Of a DNA stretch of 64,000 nucleotides, positions 18,119-26,606 are shown piece by piece. The notes under the pieces are model-generated. The model saw only the letters and a list, made by a program, of their open reading frames with translations, was not told where the DNA came from and did not search any database. This stretch comes from a virus: positions 32,001 to 96,000 of IMG/VR virus record IMGVR_UViG_3300045974_000166. The stretch is one strand, 5' to 3'. A program made the translations under genes and the position numbers. Within the stretch, counting starts at the first letter, position 1. Every line of letters begins with the position of its first letter.

Positions 18119-18198
18119 TTGGTGAAAAGTTCAGACACTAGAACAACTACAACCATAGTAGCTACAGAGAGAATGAGGGCTGTGAAGATAAGTTCCAT
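18115..18198 (-). CDS. small membrane peptide (27 aa, not in ORF track)
   Basis: MELIFTALILSVATMVVVVLVSELFTK after SD AAAGGA; ATGA-coupled to the lipoprotein. Confidence 0.55.
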   Translation of the reverse strand: MELIFTALILSVATMVVVVLVSELFTK

Positions 18199-18229
18199 GA
18201 TTTTTCCTTTGAGTTTAAGAAGATGGTTT

Positions 18230-18258
18230 ATTATACCACACTAGCAATTATGTGTAAA
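18230..18258 (-). promoter_or_regulatory. early promoter P11
   Basis: TTTACA-17-TATAAT; upstream TAA at 18259-18261 abuts. Confidence 0.85.
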
Positions 18259-18483
18259 TTACTCGTTCACCTGAATAATATGGTTTGACACACCAAGATA
18301 AGTTATCGTTTTCCCGGCAAATGCTGCTTGTTGTGCTAATCCAGCACGAGCAGATGTACCATTAAGAGCAATAACTGTGACATTCCATGGATCACTAAAC
18401 CCATCTATTTTCACAGCGTAGTGAAAAGCCTTAGGTTGGATTTGGCCATTTGACGGAGGCAAGTCCATTGGTTCGTTCGACAT
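18259..18483 (-). CDS. hypothetical protein
   Basis: Start MSNEPMD after SD AAAGGA. Confidence 0.55.
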   Translation of the reverse strand: MSNEPMDLPPSNGQIQPKAFHYAVKIDGFSDPWNVTVIALNGTSARAGLAQQAAFAGKTITYLGVSNHIIQVNE

Positions 18484-18682
18484 AAAGTTTTCCTTTTTGG
18501 CCGCAGGCGGCAAACCATTTAATCTTTCGTTCATCAACAGCCGATGAACCTTTGCTCTTAACCGAAGTTAGAGCCCATTCGTCTTTGCAATTTACCTTGG
18601 GGTGATGGCAACGAAGATTCCATTCAGAGTTTATTTCTGGTTCAGACCAGGCACAGTTACGACAAAATTTTGGAAATTTCAT
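18431..18682 (-). CDS. Cys-rich hypothetical protein
   Basis: CRNC...CHHP...C; ATGA-coupled to the upstream gene. Confidence 0.55.
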   Translation of the reverse strand: MKFPKFCRNCAWSEPEINSEWNLRCHHPKVNCKDEWALTSVKSKGSSAVDERKIKWFAACGQKGKLYVERTNGLASVKWPNPT

Positions 18683-19080
18683 TCTAAATATTCCTTAGGT
18701 GGACGATCGTCACCCTCGGTGAATGTCTTTGAGTACAACGTGAGCATTCTCAAATTGCACATAGCATGTGCCAAATGTGGCAGTCCTGATTCTTCATCGT
18801 TTTCTTCGCCAGCTTGCCAACGTGCAAGATGTCTAAGAGCACATTCATATGGAATAGACCAGGACATACCCTTGGCCCAATTCCAAGACTTATATTTCTT
18901 TTCTCCATATTCCCAGACGCGGGCCTCGTCATATAGAGTAACCATTGGGATCAATGAAAGTTTTGGCTTCCCATTGTTGTATCGAGCACCAGTACCTTTG
19001 GCATCAGAATCAATATTGCCAACGCCCTCAGTTGTAGTAAGAGGATGAAATGTTAACATTTCGTGTGTATCTTCCATCAT
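18679..19080 (-). CDS. dATP/dGTP diphosphohydrolase-like protein (DUF5664)
   Basis: GKPKLSLIP, EYGEKKY, NWAKG, ALRHL and ESGLPHLAHAMCNL. Confidence 0.85.
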   Translation of the reverse strand: MMEDTHEMLTFHPLTTTEGVGNIDSDAKGTGARYNNGKPKLSLIPMVTLYDEARVWEYGEKKYKSWNWAKGMSWSIPYECALRHLARWQAGEENDEESGLPHLAHAMCNLRMLTLYSKTFTEGDDRPPKEYLE

Positions 19081-19253
19081 TTCTTTTTGTCTTCCTTGAC
19101 TGGCTTCATTTCAGATTGAAGTTGAGCCTGAATCATGTTCTGACGAAATGCGGCACGAGCAGCATCATCAGTAATGGTCGAAAGAATATACTTCGTCGTT
19201 GAAGACAACTTGAAGTGTTTGTTTGGCTTGTTTAGACCTTCATAATTTTTCAT
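19077..19253 (-). CDS. small hypothetical protein (58 aa, not in ORF track)
   Basis: MKNYEGLNKP...KEDKKK; SD AAGGA; coupled to the downstream gene. Confidence 0.55.
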   Translation of the reverse strand: MKNYEGLNKPNKHFKLSSTTKYILSTITDDAARAAFRQNMIQAQLQSEMKPVKEDKKK

Positions 19254-19262
19254 AATGTTTCC

Positions 19263-19436
19263 TTACTTAATAAATCGTTCGTATTCAATCATCTCATTCT
19301 CATCATCGAGTCCATACTCAAATGTTTTGTCTTCTTTTGTTTTTGTCTTCAGTACTTTAGCAGTGGCCTTCTTTTTGCGCTCAATATGGGATCCATTTTC
19401 AAATTCTGAATCTTTAGGCCGAAACGTGTTCTTCAT
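19263..19436 (-). CDS. small hypothetical protein (57 aa, not in ORF track)
   Basis: MKNTFRPKDSEF...ERFIK fills the gap after gp59. Confidence 0.5.
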   Translation of the reverse strand: MKNTFRPKDSEFENGSHIERKKKATAKVLKTKTKEDKTFEYGLDDENEMIEYERFIK

Positions 19437-19977
19437 GGTTCTTTATTTTTAGATAGTTGATGGGAGAGAAAAAACTTTTATATTTGATCAACTTCAACAA
19501 TTTAGGCCGAGCAAATGAGAATTGGATAGAATCAAGAATCTTTTCAAGGTTATTGGTTTCGTAGTCCAGCAATAATACAAACTCTGGAGAATAAACTGAA
19601 GCCAAGTAGTTGAAAATCAATTGGTGGAATTTAAACTCACCTTTTTCCATGTACCGATTATATTCTTCTGAGAGTACATAAGAAATAGATTCACGGCGCT
19701 TCTTGTATGCAAAATAATTGTCAAGGATTTCTTGTTTGTTTCCAAACTTCATATCCAAATCTTTTAGTTCGTTTCCAATGCAAGCGTATACAATGTTCTG
19801 AGTAGTCTGAAAATTATTCGACACCCAATCGTATTTATACTTTATACCACCTGGCAGCCTATCAAAAGCCTTCAAAGCTGTAGTAGTTTGAGTACCATAT
19901 TTCAGAATGGAATACTTTTCATTCATAAAATGAAGATGCATTCCATAGTAATAGGAAAATGCTTTTCTTGGATTCAT
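19414..19977 (-). CDS. gp59: helicase loader
   Basis: AFSYYYGMHLHF...KYSILKYG N-terminus; synteny with gp33 and rnh. Confidence 0.75.
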   Translation of the reverse strand: MNPRKAFSYYYGMHLHFMNEKYSILKYGTQTTTALKAFDRLPGGIKYKYDWVSNNFQTTQNIVYACIGNELKDLDMKFGNKQEILDNYFAYKKRRESISYVLSEEYNRYMEKGEFKFHQLIFNYLASVYSPEFVLLLDYETNNLEKILDSIQFSFARPKLLKLIKYKSFFSPINYLKIKNHEEHVSA

Positions 19978-20234
19978 CAGAAACCTTCGAGTGTAGCCTC
20001 ATCGGAACGTATCAGTTCATTTTCAATTGCTGAACGCTTTACCTTTTCAAGCAGAACGTCTGACATATAGGGAATAAGCATCAGTGGTTCCTTGTCTGAT
20101 TCTTCTGAGAACTTTAAAATAGCCTCAAAATAAGTCAGCCCGGGTGATTCCAAGAGCATGCTTTCAATATACTCGGCAAAATTAGTCTTAGACAAAAACA
20201 CAGTCTTGTCGATAGAATAATCGAATTCTTTCAT
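19977..20234 (-). CDS. gp33: late-promoter transcription coactivator
   Basis: F..YIE...LTYFEAILKFSEE...LLEKVKRSAIENELIR pattern; synteny with gp59. Confidence 0.75.
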   Translation of the reverse strand: MKEFDYSIDKTVFLSKTNFAEYIESMLLESPGLTYFEAILKFSEESDKEPLMLIPYMSDVLLEKVKRSAIENELIRSDEATLEGF

Positions 20235-20404
20235 TTGAATTTCACCGAGTCTTTGAGAAATTTGGCCACACGATTGTCATTCACAATCGCAGTTACATAT
20301 TTTTTGTCGTAAATCATTTCTTCTGATCCAACAATTACCTTTACATTTGAATAAACATCCGGCACAGTAGCTGAGCGGTATTGGTATTTAATCGTAGTAG
20401 CCAT
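20231..20404 (-). CDS. hypothetical protein
   Basis: Start MATTIK just after the upstream stop. Confidence 0.5.
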   Translation of the reverse strand: MATTIKYQYRSATVPDVYSNVKVIVGSEEMIYDKKYVTAIVNDNRVAKFLKDSVKFK

Positions 20405-20405
20405 T

Positions 20406-20819
20406 TTAGCGAGCCTCTTCAAGATAATTAAGAACAGAAAGTTGTTTGCGGCACCAGTTGTATTTGGTGTCCAATTCCTTATAGATTTGCCAACCGATGT
20501 GGTCATCTTCATCCATATAGAATTTTGTTGAAACCGTTTCATCATTCAGGAAATAATCCAGGTACGTGCGATACGCAATCATGCAATCATACATATCCTT
20601 GCCGTCTAATCCCTTCAGATTATCTTCGGTATACACACAGTTTGCCGCCCAAGTATCATGGTAATTAGTACCTTCAACCGTGAGCACACATTCCATCTTT
20701 TCAGAAATACCATCAAAGAACCGCTTATGGAGTTCATATGCTACCATAATGAAATCCGAAGAACTTTCGATGACGGAATTATCAATCACTTCTTTAGTAA
20801 TTGACTTAATTTCTTTCAT
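20406..20819 (-). CDS. hypothetical protein
   Basis: About 137-aa acidic ORF in the operon. Confidence 0.65.
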   Translation of the reverse strand: MKEIKSITKEVIDNSVIESSSDFIMVAYELHKRFFDGISEKMECVLTVEGTNYHDTWAANCVYTEDNLKGLDGKDMYDCMIAYRTYLDYFLNDETVSTKFYMDEDDHIGWQIYKELDTKYNWCRKQLSVLNYLEEAR

Positions 20820-20821
20820 AT

Positions 20822-21235
20822 TCATTGAATACCTACCATCATTTTGTGAGTAATATGCGGATACAAAGTTGTCAGATTCTTTTTCAGAATTGCCTCCAAC
20901 ACTTTGGCCTCAGGTTCAGACAAAAGTTCCAAGAGATTCTTGGTGTGAAAGAACTTTGTCTTTTTCACAATTTTCGGATTGAATAAAATTTCAGTAAGAA
21001 TATTCATTGTGCTCTTTGAGAGCAAATATGCTCCACAAAGAGACCGATGGAAGTCTGAAAATTTGTATTTCAGATCATCAAGATCAAAATCAATCCATTC
21101 TTCGTCACATGCACGATGAATATAGAACCTAACAAGTGGGCTTCGGGCACACACATCTTTTAGGGCGTCTTCGACATTAGACGCGTTAGACACGTTTGTC
21201 AAAATTTCGTCAAGTTGAAAATCAGCTACTCTCAA
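20822..21235 (-). CDS. conserved hypothetical protein downstream of rnh
   Basis: LLELLSEPEAKVL...LYPHIT; ATGA-coupled to rnh. Confidence 0.65.
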   Translation of the reverse strand: MRVADFQLDEILTNVSNASNVEDALKDVCARSPLVRFYIHRACDEEWIDFDLDDLKYKFSDFHRSLCGAYLLSKSTMNILTEILFNPKIVKKTKFFHTKNLLELLSEPEAKVLEAILKKNLTTLYPHITHKMMVGIQ

Positions 21236-22164
21236 AAGAAATCTCCTATTTTAGAATACAACACATTCATTTTATGGTTCACAAAGAAATTCATCAATTT
21301 CATTTTATCAACTTTGTGACCCTTCTGTTCATTATAACACTCAATTGTATTGGTGTAAATTATTTCTGGTGTATGTTCGTAAGACACAAGCATTTCATTC
21401 CGAGAATAGTTTCGACGTTCTTCTTCGGTGGCACAGGCATCAATAGGATTCTTGGCAGCATAGAATGTTGCCAAATACTTCTCGGAGATCGGTGGCGCAC
21501 GTTTCTTATCGGTCAGTGTGAACCAATCGTCTGAACATTTGATACTGGGGACACCGTCTCCCGCGTCACCTCGCACGATTTTCTCTATGAGAGCATCTTT
21601 TGGCTTGCCTTCTGGCTTCACCAATTTCTTTGTCAGAGGACTCCACTGCTTCACATTCTTATATCGATGGAGTTGAAAGTGATCCTTATCAGAAGAAACA
21701 ATAAGAATTTGATCGGCTTCAATGTCACCAAAAATATTTTCTTCTTGATCTTCTCGGTTCAAGTCCTTATACTTACACAGAGCACCAATAATATCGTCTG
21801 CTTCTGCTTTTTCGGTAGCAAGAACATTGTAAGGAAAATAGTCGCGAAGTGCTTGTTGAATGTACGCCGAAGTCTCGAACACAAATGTCCAGTCAATTCC
21901 GGAAGTATCGGTTTCGCGCTTTTGTTTGCGGGCCCATTTGTAATATGGGAAAGCATCCTTGCGCCAGGACGGTGAGTCAAATGCAATCACCACCTCAGAA
22001 CCGTATTTGCTTTTGTGCATTACTTGTTGAGCACGGATGGTATTTAGAACCATGTGCATCATCATATCACGAGATTCATCCGATGGATTTTGAGCACAAG
22101 ACTTTGCAGCTGCATCCAAAAAGATTGGTGCTAGATACACCTGAGAAAAGTCAATTAAAAGCAT
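21232..22164 (-). CDS. rnh: RNase H / 5'-3' exonuclease (T4 Rnh, FEN family)
   Basis: LLIDFSQ, IAFDSPSWRK, YKWAR, EADDIIG, SSDKDHFQL and GDAGDGVPSI. Confidence 0.93.
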   Translation of the reverse strand: MLLIDFSQVYLAPIFLDAAAKSCAQNPSDESRDMMMHMVLNTIRAQQVMHKSKYGSEVVIAFDSPSWRKDAFPYYKWARKQKRETDTSGIDWTFVFETSAYIQQALRDYFPYNVLATEKAEADDIIGALCKYKDLNREDQEENIFGDIEADQILIVSSDKDHFQLHRYKNVKQWSPLTKKLVKPEGKPKDALIEKIVRGDAGDGVPSIKCSDDWFTLTDKKRAPPISEKYLATFYAAKNPIDACATEEERRNYSRNEMLVSYEHTPEIIYTNTIECYNEQKGHKVDKMKLMNFFVNHKMNVLYSKIGDFF

Positions 22165-22166
22165 CG

Positions 22167-22403
22167 TTACCTTGTGGTTCGGCCGGTGAGCCAGTACATT
22201 ACTAGTGCGAATTGCCAAAACTTAGGTCGGCGAACTGCACCCGGGATTTTCTTCCAAAGTTCGGATTCTGCCAATACGTTACCTTCTATTGCAAGATAGA
22301 TACGATAGACAACCCAATAGATTGTTAGCAAAAATAACACACATCCGGCAGCAACCGCAAGTACGACAAAAATACTTATTGCCGACAACATCATTCGGCC
22401 CAA
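22167..22403 (-). CDS. membrane protein
   Basis: Long N-terminal hydrophobic helix. Confidence 0.55.
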   Translation of the reverse strand: MGRMMLSAISIFVVLAVAAGCVLFLLTIYWVVYRIYLAIEGNVLAESELWKKIPGAVRRPKFWQFALVMYWLTGRTTR

Positions 22404-22876
22404 ATGTTTTTCACATAGGATTTGGCAACAGGCCGAGTCTGACCCAGAGTTGCAACGGCCCAGTCAACGACTTCATTCTTGTCTTGACCGGCAGCTTTGG
22501 CTTCGGCAATTTTTTGACGAATGAGTGATGCATTGGAAACTTTTCCACCGCGGTTTACAACCTTGACCTTTTTCTTTTCTGTGGTAATGTCCACTTGATT
22601 ACCAGAAGAATTCAGGAAAGCCGTCGAAACTTCTTCGAGCTGCACATTCTTATAGAAGACATTGGTGCCGATGTTAATCGATCCATTCGATAGTCCCGGG
22701 CCACCACATGACTTAGTAAGATTCAAAGAAATAACTTCAATGAACGATCCAAAACGTGCCATACATTTATCACGGGCATCATCTTCTGTCAGGGCCTCCA
22801 TGAAAACCGTATTCAGTTCGGCGACATCCTGCTCGGCAGGATCAGAAAAATAGGTAATTACATAGCGATTCATCAA
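22391..22876 (-). CDS. hypothetical protein
   Basis: 161-aa ORF with a basic helical C-terminus. Confidence 0.65.
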   Translation of the reverse strand: MMNRYVITYFSDPAEQDVAELNTVFMEALTEDDARDKCMARFGSFIEVISLNLTKSCGGPGLSNGSINIGTNVFYKNVQLEEVSTAFLNSSGNQVDITTEKKKVKVVNRGGKVSNASLIRQKIAEAKAAGQDKNEVVDWAVATLGQTRPVAKSYVKNIWAE

Positions 22877-23053
22877 TTAAACTCCAACGGCTTCAACAGC
22901 TTCAACACAAGAAAACGAAACTTCATAAGTCTTAATTTCGTCATCAACAAACACAACCTCACGGTCATAGTCGAATCCAACAATCTTGGCAATGAAGAAC
23001 TTGGTCAGTTCTTGATCGTTGAACACGTTTACAAAATTTCCGATTTTAAACAT
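22877..23053 (-). CDS. small hypothetical protein (58 aa, not in ORF track)
   Basis: MFKIGNFVNVF...AVGV, first ORF after P12. Confidence 0.55.
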   Translation of the reverse strand: MFKIGNFVNVFNDQELTKFFIAKIVGFDYDREVVFVDDEIKTYEVSFSCVEAVEAVGV

Positions 23054-23085
23054 TTTGAGCTTTCTGTTTAGTTAGTGATGTGTCA

Positions 23086-23114
23086 ATTATACTACACTTA
23101 GCAATATGTGTAAA
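23086..23114 (-). promoter_or_regulatory. early promoter P12
   Basis: TTTACA-17-TATAAT; gp46 TAA at 23115-23117 abuts. Confidence 0.85.
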
Positions 23115-24836
23115 TTATTTTGAGAGGTCCTTAATAAGACTGAATCCGGATTCTTTGTACATGAGCAAATTCCCATCAAACACTTCTGCCAACTGATCTT
23201 TGGATTTGTGTGAAATGATAAAGATGTTGGATGTTTTGAATTCTTCTAACTCGTCAATGAGCGCTAGGAAATTGTCAATACCCTTCTGATCTAGACATTC
23301 CAAGATTTCGTCGAGGAATAGAATGTTGCAGTCGAACGAGTTCCTGATCTTAGATAGTTGACGGAACGTAAGCAATAGAGCTGTATCAATACGAGTCTTT
23401 TCACCGGCAGAGAATGAACCGTATGTGAAATCATCTCGGTGCCGTGACTTGATGATTTCGTTGAACTCAGAATCAAGATTGAACGAGATAAAGAAGTCAA
23501 GTTTCTCTAAGTAACCATTGATCAAACCATTGATGATTGGAATGTACTGATCTACAATTTTGGTTTTAATACCCGAATCCTTGAACAACTCAATCATGAG
23601 GTTGTTGTAATCTTGTTCGGCATTCATCTTAGACTGTTTGTCCTTTAATACTAGCGCTTCCTGTGCAGTTTGTTTTAGTTCAGCCTTAAGGTCGGCTAGT
23701 TCTTCTGATTGAGCATAATCAGCTAGTTCAGTCTCAAGTTCACCAATATCTTTATTCAAACGAGTAACCGTGCCATTGTCGGCAAAATTGCTTGAGTTTG
23801 CATCTGAGATGATTTCATTGATAGAACCAATTTCAGCCATAAGACTTTCTTGATCATGAAGTTTGGCAACGAACTCATCTTTTTTACTAGAGAGTTCTTG
23901 CATCTTTTCCATTGAAGGGGAAACAATAGTAAGTTTGGCCTTTTCATCTAACAGTGAGGCACAAACAGGGCAAGAATCTTCATGTTTCACAGAATCAATC
24001 TTTTCTAGGTGCTTGGCAATTGCATCATCAAAACTTTTGATCCGATCTACTGTACTTTGATGTTCTTCTAATTTCTTCTTAACCTGTTTGTATACAGTAT
24101 TCTTCTCTAGAATTGTTGCAGTCTTTTCTTTGATTCGCACTTCAAGTGCTACTTTTTCTTCTTGCAGAGATTCAAGTTTTGTTTTAAGTGCAGAGACTGA
24201 ATCTCCTTGAATAGATTGAAGGCGGTCAATATGTGCTTTCTGCAATTTTGCTTTAGTAAAGCAATTCTTTAATTCAAGATCAATGAGTTTGATTTCTTCT
24301 TTGTACTTGGAAATTTTAGACTTAAGAATCTGATTCATGAACGAGAACACTTTAATATCAAGGATCTCTTCAATGAATGCACGACGGTCTTGAGTTCTGA
24401 GTGTCATAAATGGCTTATAGTTCTCAACCGATAGTACAGATGTCTGTAGGAACGTCTTGATATTAGTACCAATAATGTTCAGTTCCAAATATTCTTGGAA
24501 ATCATTAGAGATTGTTTGATCTAGTGCTACACCATTTTCAAAGATCTCAAAGATGTTTGGCTTGATACCTCGGCGTACTAGATATGCTTTACCATGAGAT
24601 TCAAACTCAATCTCTACTACTGTACCCTTTTGATTTACAGAGTTCACAATCTGTGGTCTATTGATCTGTTTAATAGTTTGATTGAATAAACCAAAAGTAA
24701 TCAGATTCGCAATTGTAGACTTGGCAGAACCGTTAAAACCTTGGATAACAGTACGAGAATATTTTCGCAGATCAACTTCTAGAAATGCATTACCGATTGA
24801 GAGGAAGTTCTTTCCTCGCACTTTGCTTATAATCAT
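23115..24836 (-). CDS. gp46: recombination endonuclease ATPase subunit (Rad50/SbcC-like)
   Basis: KNFLSIGN, Walker A GFNGSAKST, CPVC hook, FSAGE signature and LFLDE. Confidence 0.95.
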   Translation of the reverse strand: MIISKVRGKNFLSIGNAFLEVDLRKYSRTVIQGFNGSAKSTIANLITFGLFNQTIKQINRPQIVNSVNQKGTVVEIEFESHGKAYLVRRGIKPNIFEIFENGVALDQTISNDFQEYLELNIIGTNIKTFLQTSVLSVENYKPFMTLRTQDRRAFIEEILDIKVFSFMNQILKSKISKYKEEIKLIDLELKNCFTKAKLQKAHIDRLQSIQGDSVSALKTKLESLQEEKVALEVRIKEKTATILEKNTVYKQVKKKLEEHQSTVDRIKSFDDAIAKHLEKIDSVKHEDSCPVCASLLDEKAKLTIVSPSMEKMQELSSKKDEFVAKLHDQESLMAEIGSINEIISDANSSNFADNGTVTRLNKDIGELETELADYAQSEELADLKAELKQTAQEALVLKDKQSKMNAEQDYNNLMIELFKDSGIKTKIVDQYIPIINGLINGYLEKLDFFISFNLDSEFNEIIKSRHRDDFTYGSFSAGEKTRIDTALLLTFRQLSKIRNSFDCNILFLDEILECLDQKGIDNFLALIDELEEFKTSNIFIISHKSKDQLAEVFDGNLLMYKESGFSLIKDLSK

Positions 24837-24838
24837 GC

Positions 24839-25888
24839 TTATACCTTGAGCAGTTCTAATGCCTCTGAGTAGGTCTCAGAAATCATTTTCTTAAGTAATA
24901 TTTTGTCCAAATTTGTGTTCATGTTATCTACAACATGATCTATCATATTAAGTGTAGTCTGAAATTCGACTTTAGCATTCATTGATTCTTCTACGGACTT
25001 AGTAATTTTGTCATCAACTATATTTACATCATGCGGATTATTCATGAGCAAATTTTGAAAGAATGAGTCAAACTTATATTGGTTCGTCTTGTTCTTGATA
25101 ATCAGCTTAATGAACTTATCTTTTGCAACTGTGAAATCATAGTACATCTCGTGCGTATCATCATACTCAATCTTTTCATACAGAGTATGTTCAGTACGAA
25201 TGAAGTCAAGTTTGTTTGTATCTGGATCCAATGACCAAAAGCCTTTGGTGTCACCACAATCTGCCCAGTCAAGTTCATATGGTGTACCACAGTATAACAC
25301 ATTATCCTTACGGGAGATTGTGTGGTAATGTCCTGAGAATACTAATTTGTAGTTTTTGAATATAGTATGATCGGCACCAGTCTCGGCAATTTGGAATTTA
25401 TGTAGGCGGAAGCGAGCAAACTCAAAGTGACCAACAGCAAAATCGGACTTTGAGTTTATAGCAAATTCATTACTTTCCTGTACTAACGATTCGTTAATCC
25501 ATGGGTAAAAATCAAAGTTTTTACCTTCAATGATAAAAGTGCATGGGCAAGCATCAATGACAATCATATTTGGTGTAGCCAAACTGCGTACAGAGTTTAC
25601 CTCATTTGTAGACTTGTAATAACAGTCATGGTTTCCAGAAATAATGTATACAGTTATATGCCGTTTCTCACATTCAAGAAGAAACATCTTTCTGGCCATG
25701 TGCAGTGTAAGAAAATTTACAGTCTTTCGTTTATCAAAAAGATCACCAAGTTGTACAATTGTTGTAATACTATGTTCATCTATGTAAGCAAAAAGATCTT
25801 TGTAGAATTTTTCAAAGTAATCATAGTATATAGGATTGTCATTCCTGACACCCCAATGAGTGTCTCCAATAAAAACAATTTTTGCCAT
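24839..25888 (-). CDS. gp47: recombination endonuclease nuclease subunit (Mre11/SbcD-like)
   Basis: GDTHWG, LGDLFD, GNHD and SGHYH phosphoesterase motifs. Confidence 0.95.
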   Translation of the reverse strand: MAKIVFIGDTHWGVRNDNPIYYDYFEKFYKDLFAYIDEHSITTIVQLGDLFDKRKTVNFLTLHMARKMFLLECEKRHITVYIISGNHDCYYKSTNEVNSVRSLATPNMIVIDACPCTFIIEGKNFDFYPWINESLVQESNEFAINSKSDFAVGHFEFARFRLHKFQIAETGADHTIFKNYKLVFSGHYHTISRKDNVLYCGTPYELDWADCGDTKGFWSLDPDTNKLDFIRTEHTLYEKIEYDDTHEMYYDFTVAKDKFIKLIIKNKTNQYKFDSFFQNLLMNNPHDVNIVDDKITKSVEESMNAKVEFQTTLNMIDHVVDNMNTNLDKILLKKMISETYSEALELLKV

Positions 25889-25891
25889 GTG

Positions 25892-26533
25892 TTAGTCTTT
25901 AGCTAAATCAAAAATATTTGGTTCAACGACCTCTTTAGTTTTCTTGACTTTTTCTGCCTTGGCATAAGGTGTTAAATTTTTGTGTCGTAGAGATGGATGT
26001 AAGTTGCCAGTCTTTTCAGTAGTTTTACGTTGTTCAAAGTAATCAACAAAGATTTCATTTTCCTTTAAGAAATCAACAAACGCATTTGTACCTTCGACAT
26101 CACCCTCAAGATTTTGTTGTATGAATTCGGTAGTTACTTTGTCATTGATCAAACGGGCTCTAATAGATGTTTGTTTTTGTTCCATCTTGATTCGGCCGAT
26201 GAATGAATTCCAGCAAAGTTGGGAAGCATACCCAAAAAAGTTATCGGATTTGAGAGGATCAAATAGATGGAATTTTGCTGTGAGTTGAAGAATAGCATCA
26301 GAAATCATATCTGACCTATAACTATACCCAATGAAATTGTGCATCCGAGACATTTTAGTTGCAATCTGTACAATAGCATCCGCAATACGGGGAGGCATCT
26401 CAGGCCGATCTTCTCCAGCTTCTTTTGAAGCCAAATAAGCAACACGATATTCTTTCATGATGCCAAGAATTTCTTTGTTGTTCACATAGTGATTGTTCTC
26501 TGCAATCTTTTCGATATAGTCTTGTTGTTCCAT
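25892..26533 (-). CDS. gp55: late sigma factor
   Basis: HYVNNKE, FIGYSYRSDMISDA, FDPLKSDNFFGYASQLCWNSF and RIKMEQKQ. Confidence 0.9.
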   Translation of the reverse strand: MEQQDYIEKIAENNHYVNNKEILGIMKEYRVAYLASKEAGEDRPEMPPRIADAIVQIATKMSRMHNFIGYSYRSDMISDAILQLTAKFHLFDPLKSDNFFGYASQLCWNSFIGRIKMEQKQTSIRARLINDKVTTEFIQQNLEGDVEGTNAFVDFLKENEIFVDYFEQRKTTEKTGNLHPSLRHKNLTPYAKAEKVKKTKEVVEPNIFDLAKD

Positions 26534-26563
26534 AATTGGTACTTAGTTGTGAGCGATAGATTT

Positions 26564-26591
26564 ATTATACACTAATAGTCTTTAAAGTAAA
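26564..26591 (-). promoter_or_regulatory. sigma70-type promoter for gp55-47-46
   Basis: TTTACT-16-TATAAT. Confidence 0.6.
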
Positions 26592-26593
26592 AT

Positions 26594-26601
26594 ATTAAAT
26601 A
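26594..26601 (+). promoter_or_regulatory. putative late promoter (ATTAAATA)
   Basis: Variant of T4 TATAAATA, 5 nt before the gp4 ATG. Confidence 0.6.
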
Positions 26602-26606
26602 TGTAA

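Noticed and set aside
2721-23114. CRISPR-like array from the recurring TAATTTACACATAAT motif
   Set aside because: Copies are separated by whole genes of 0.5-5 kb rather than uniform spacers; no cas genes.
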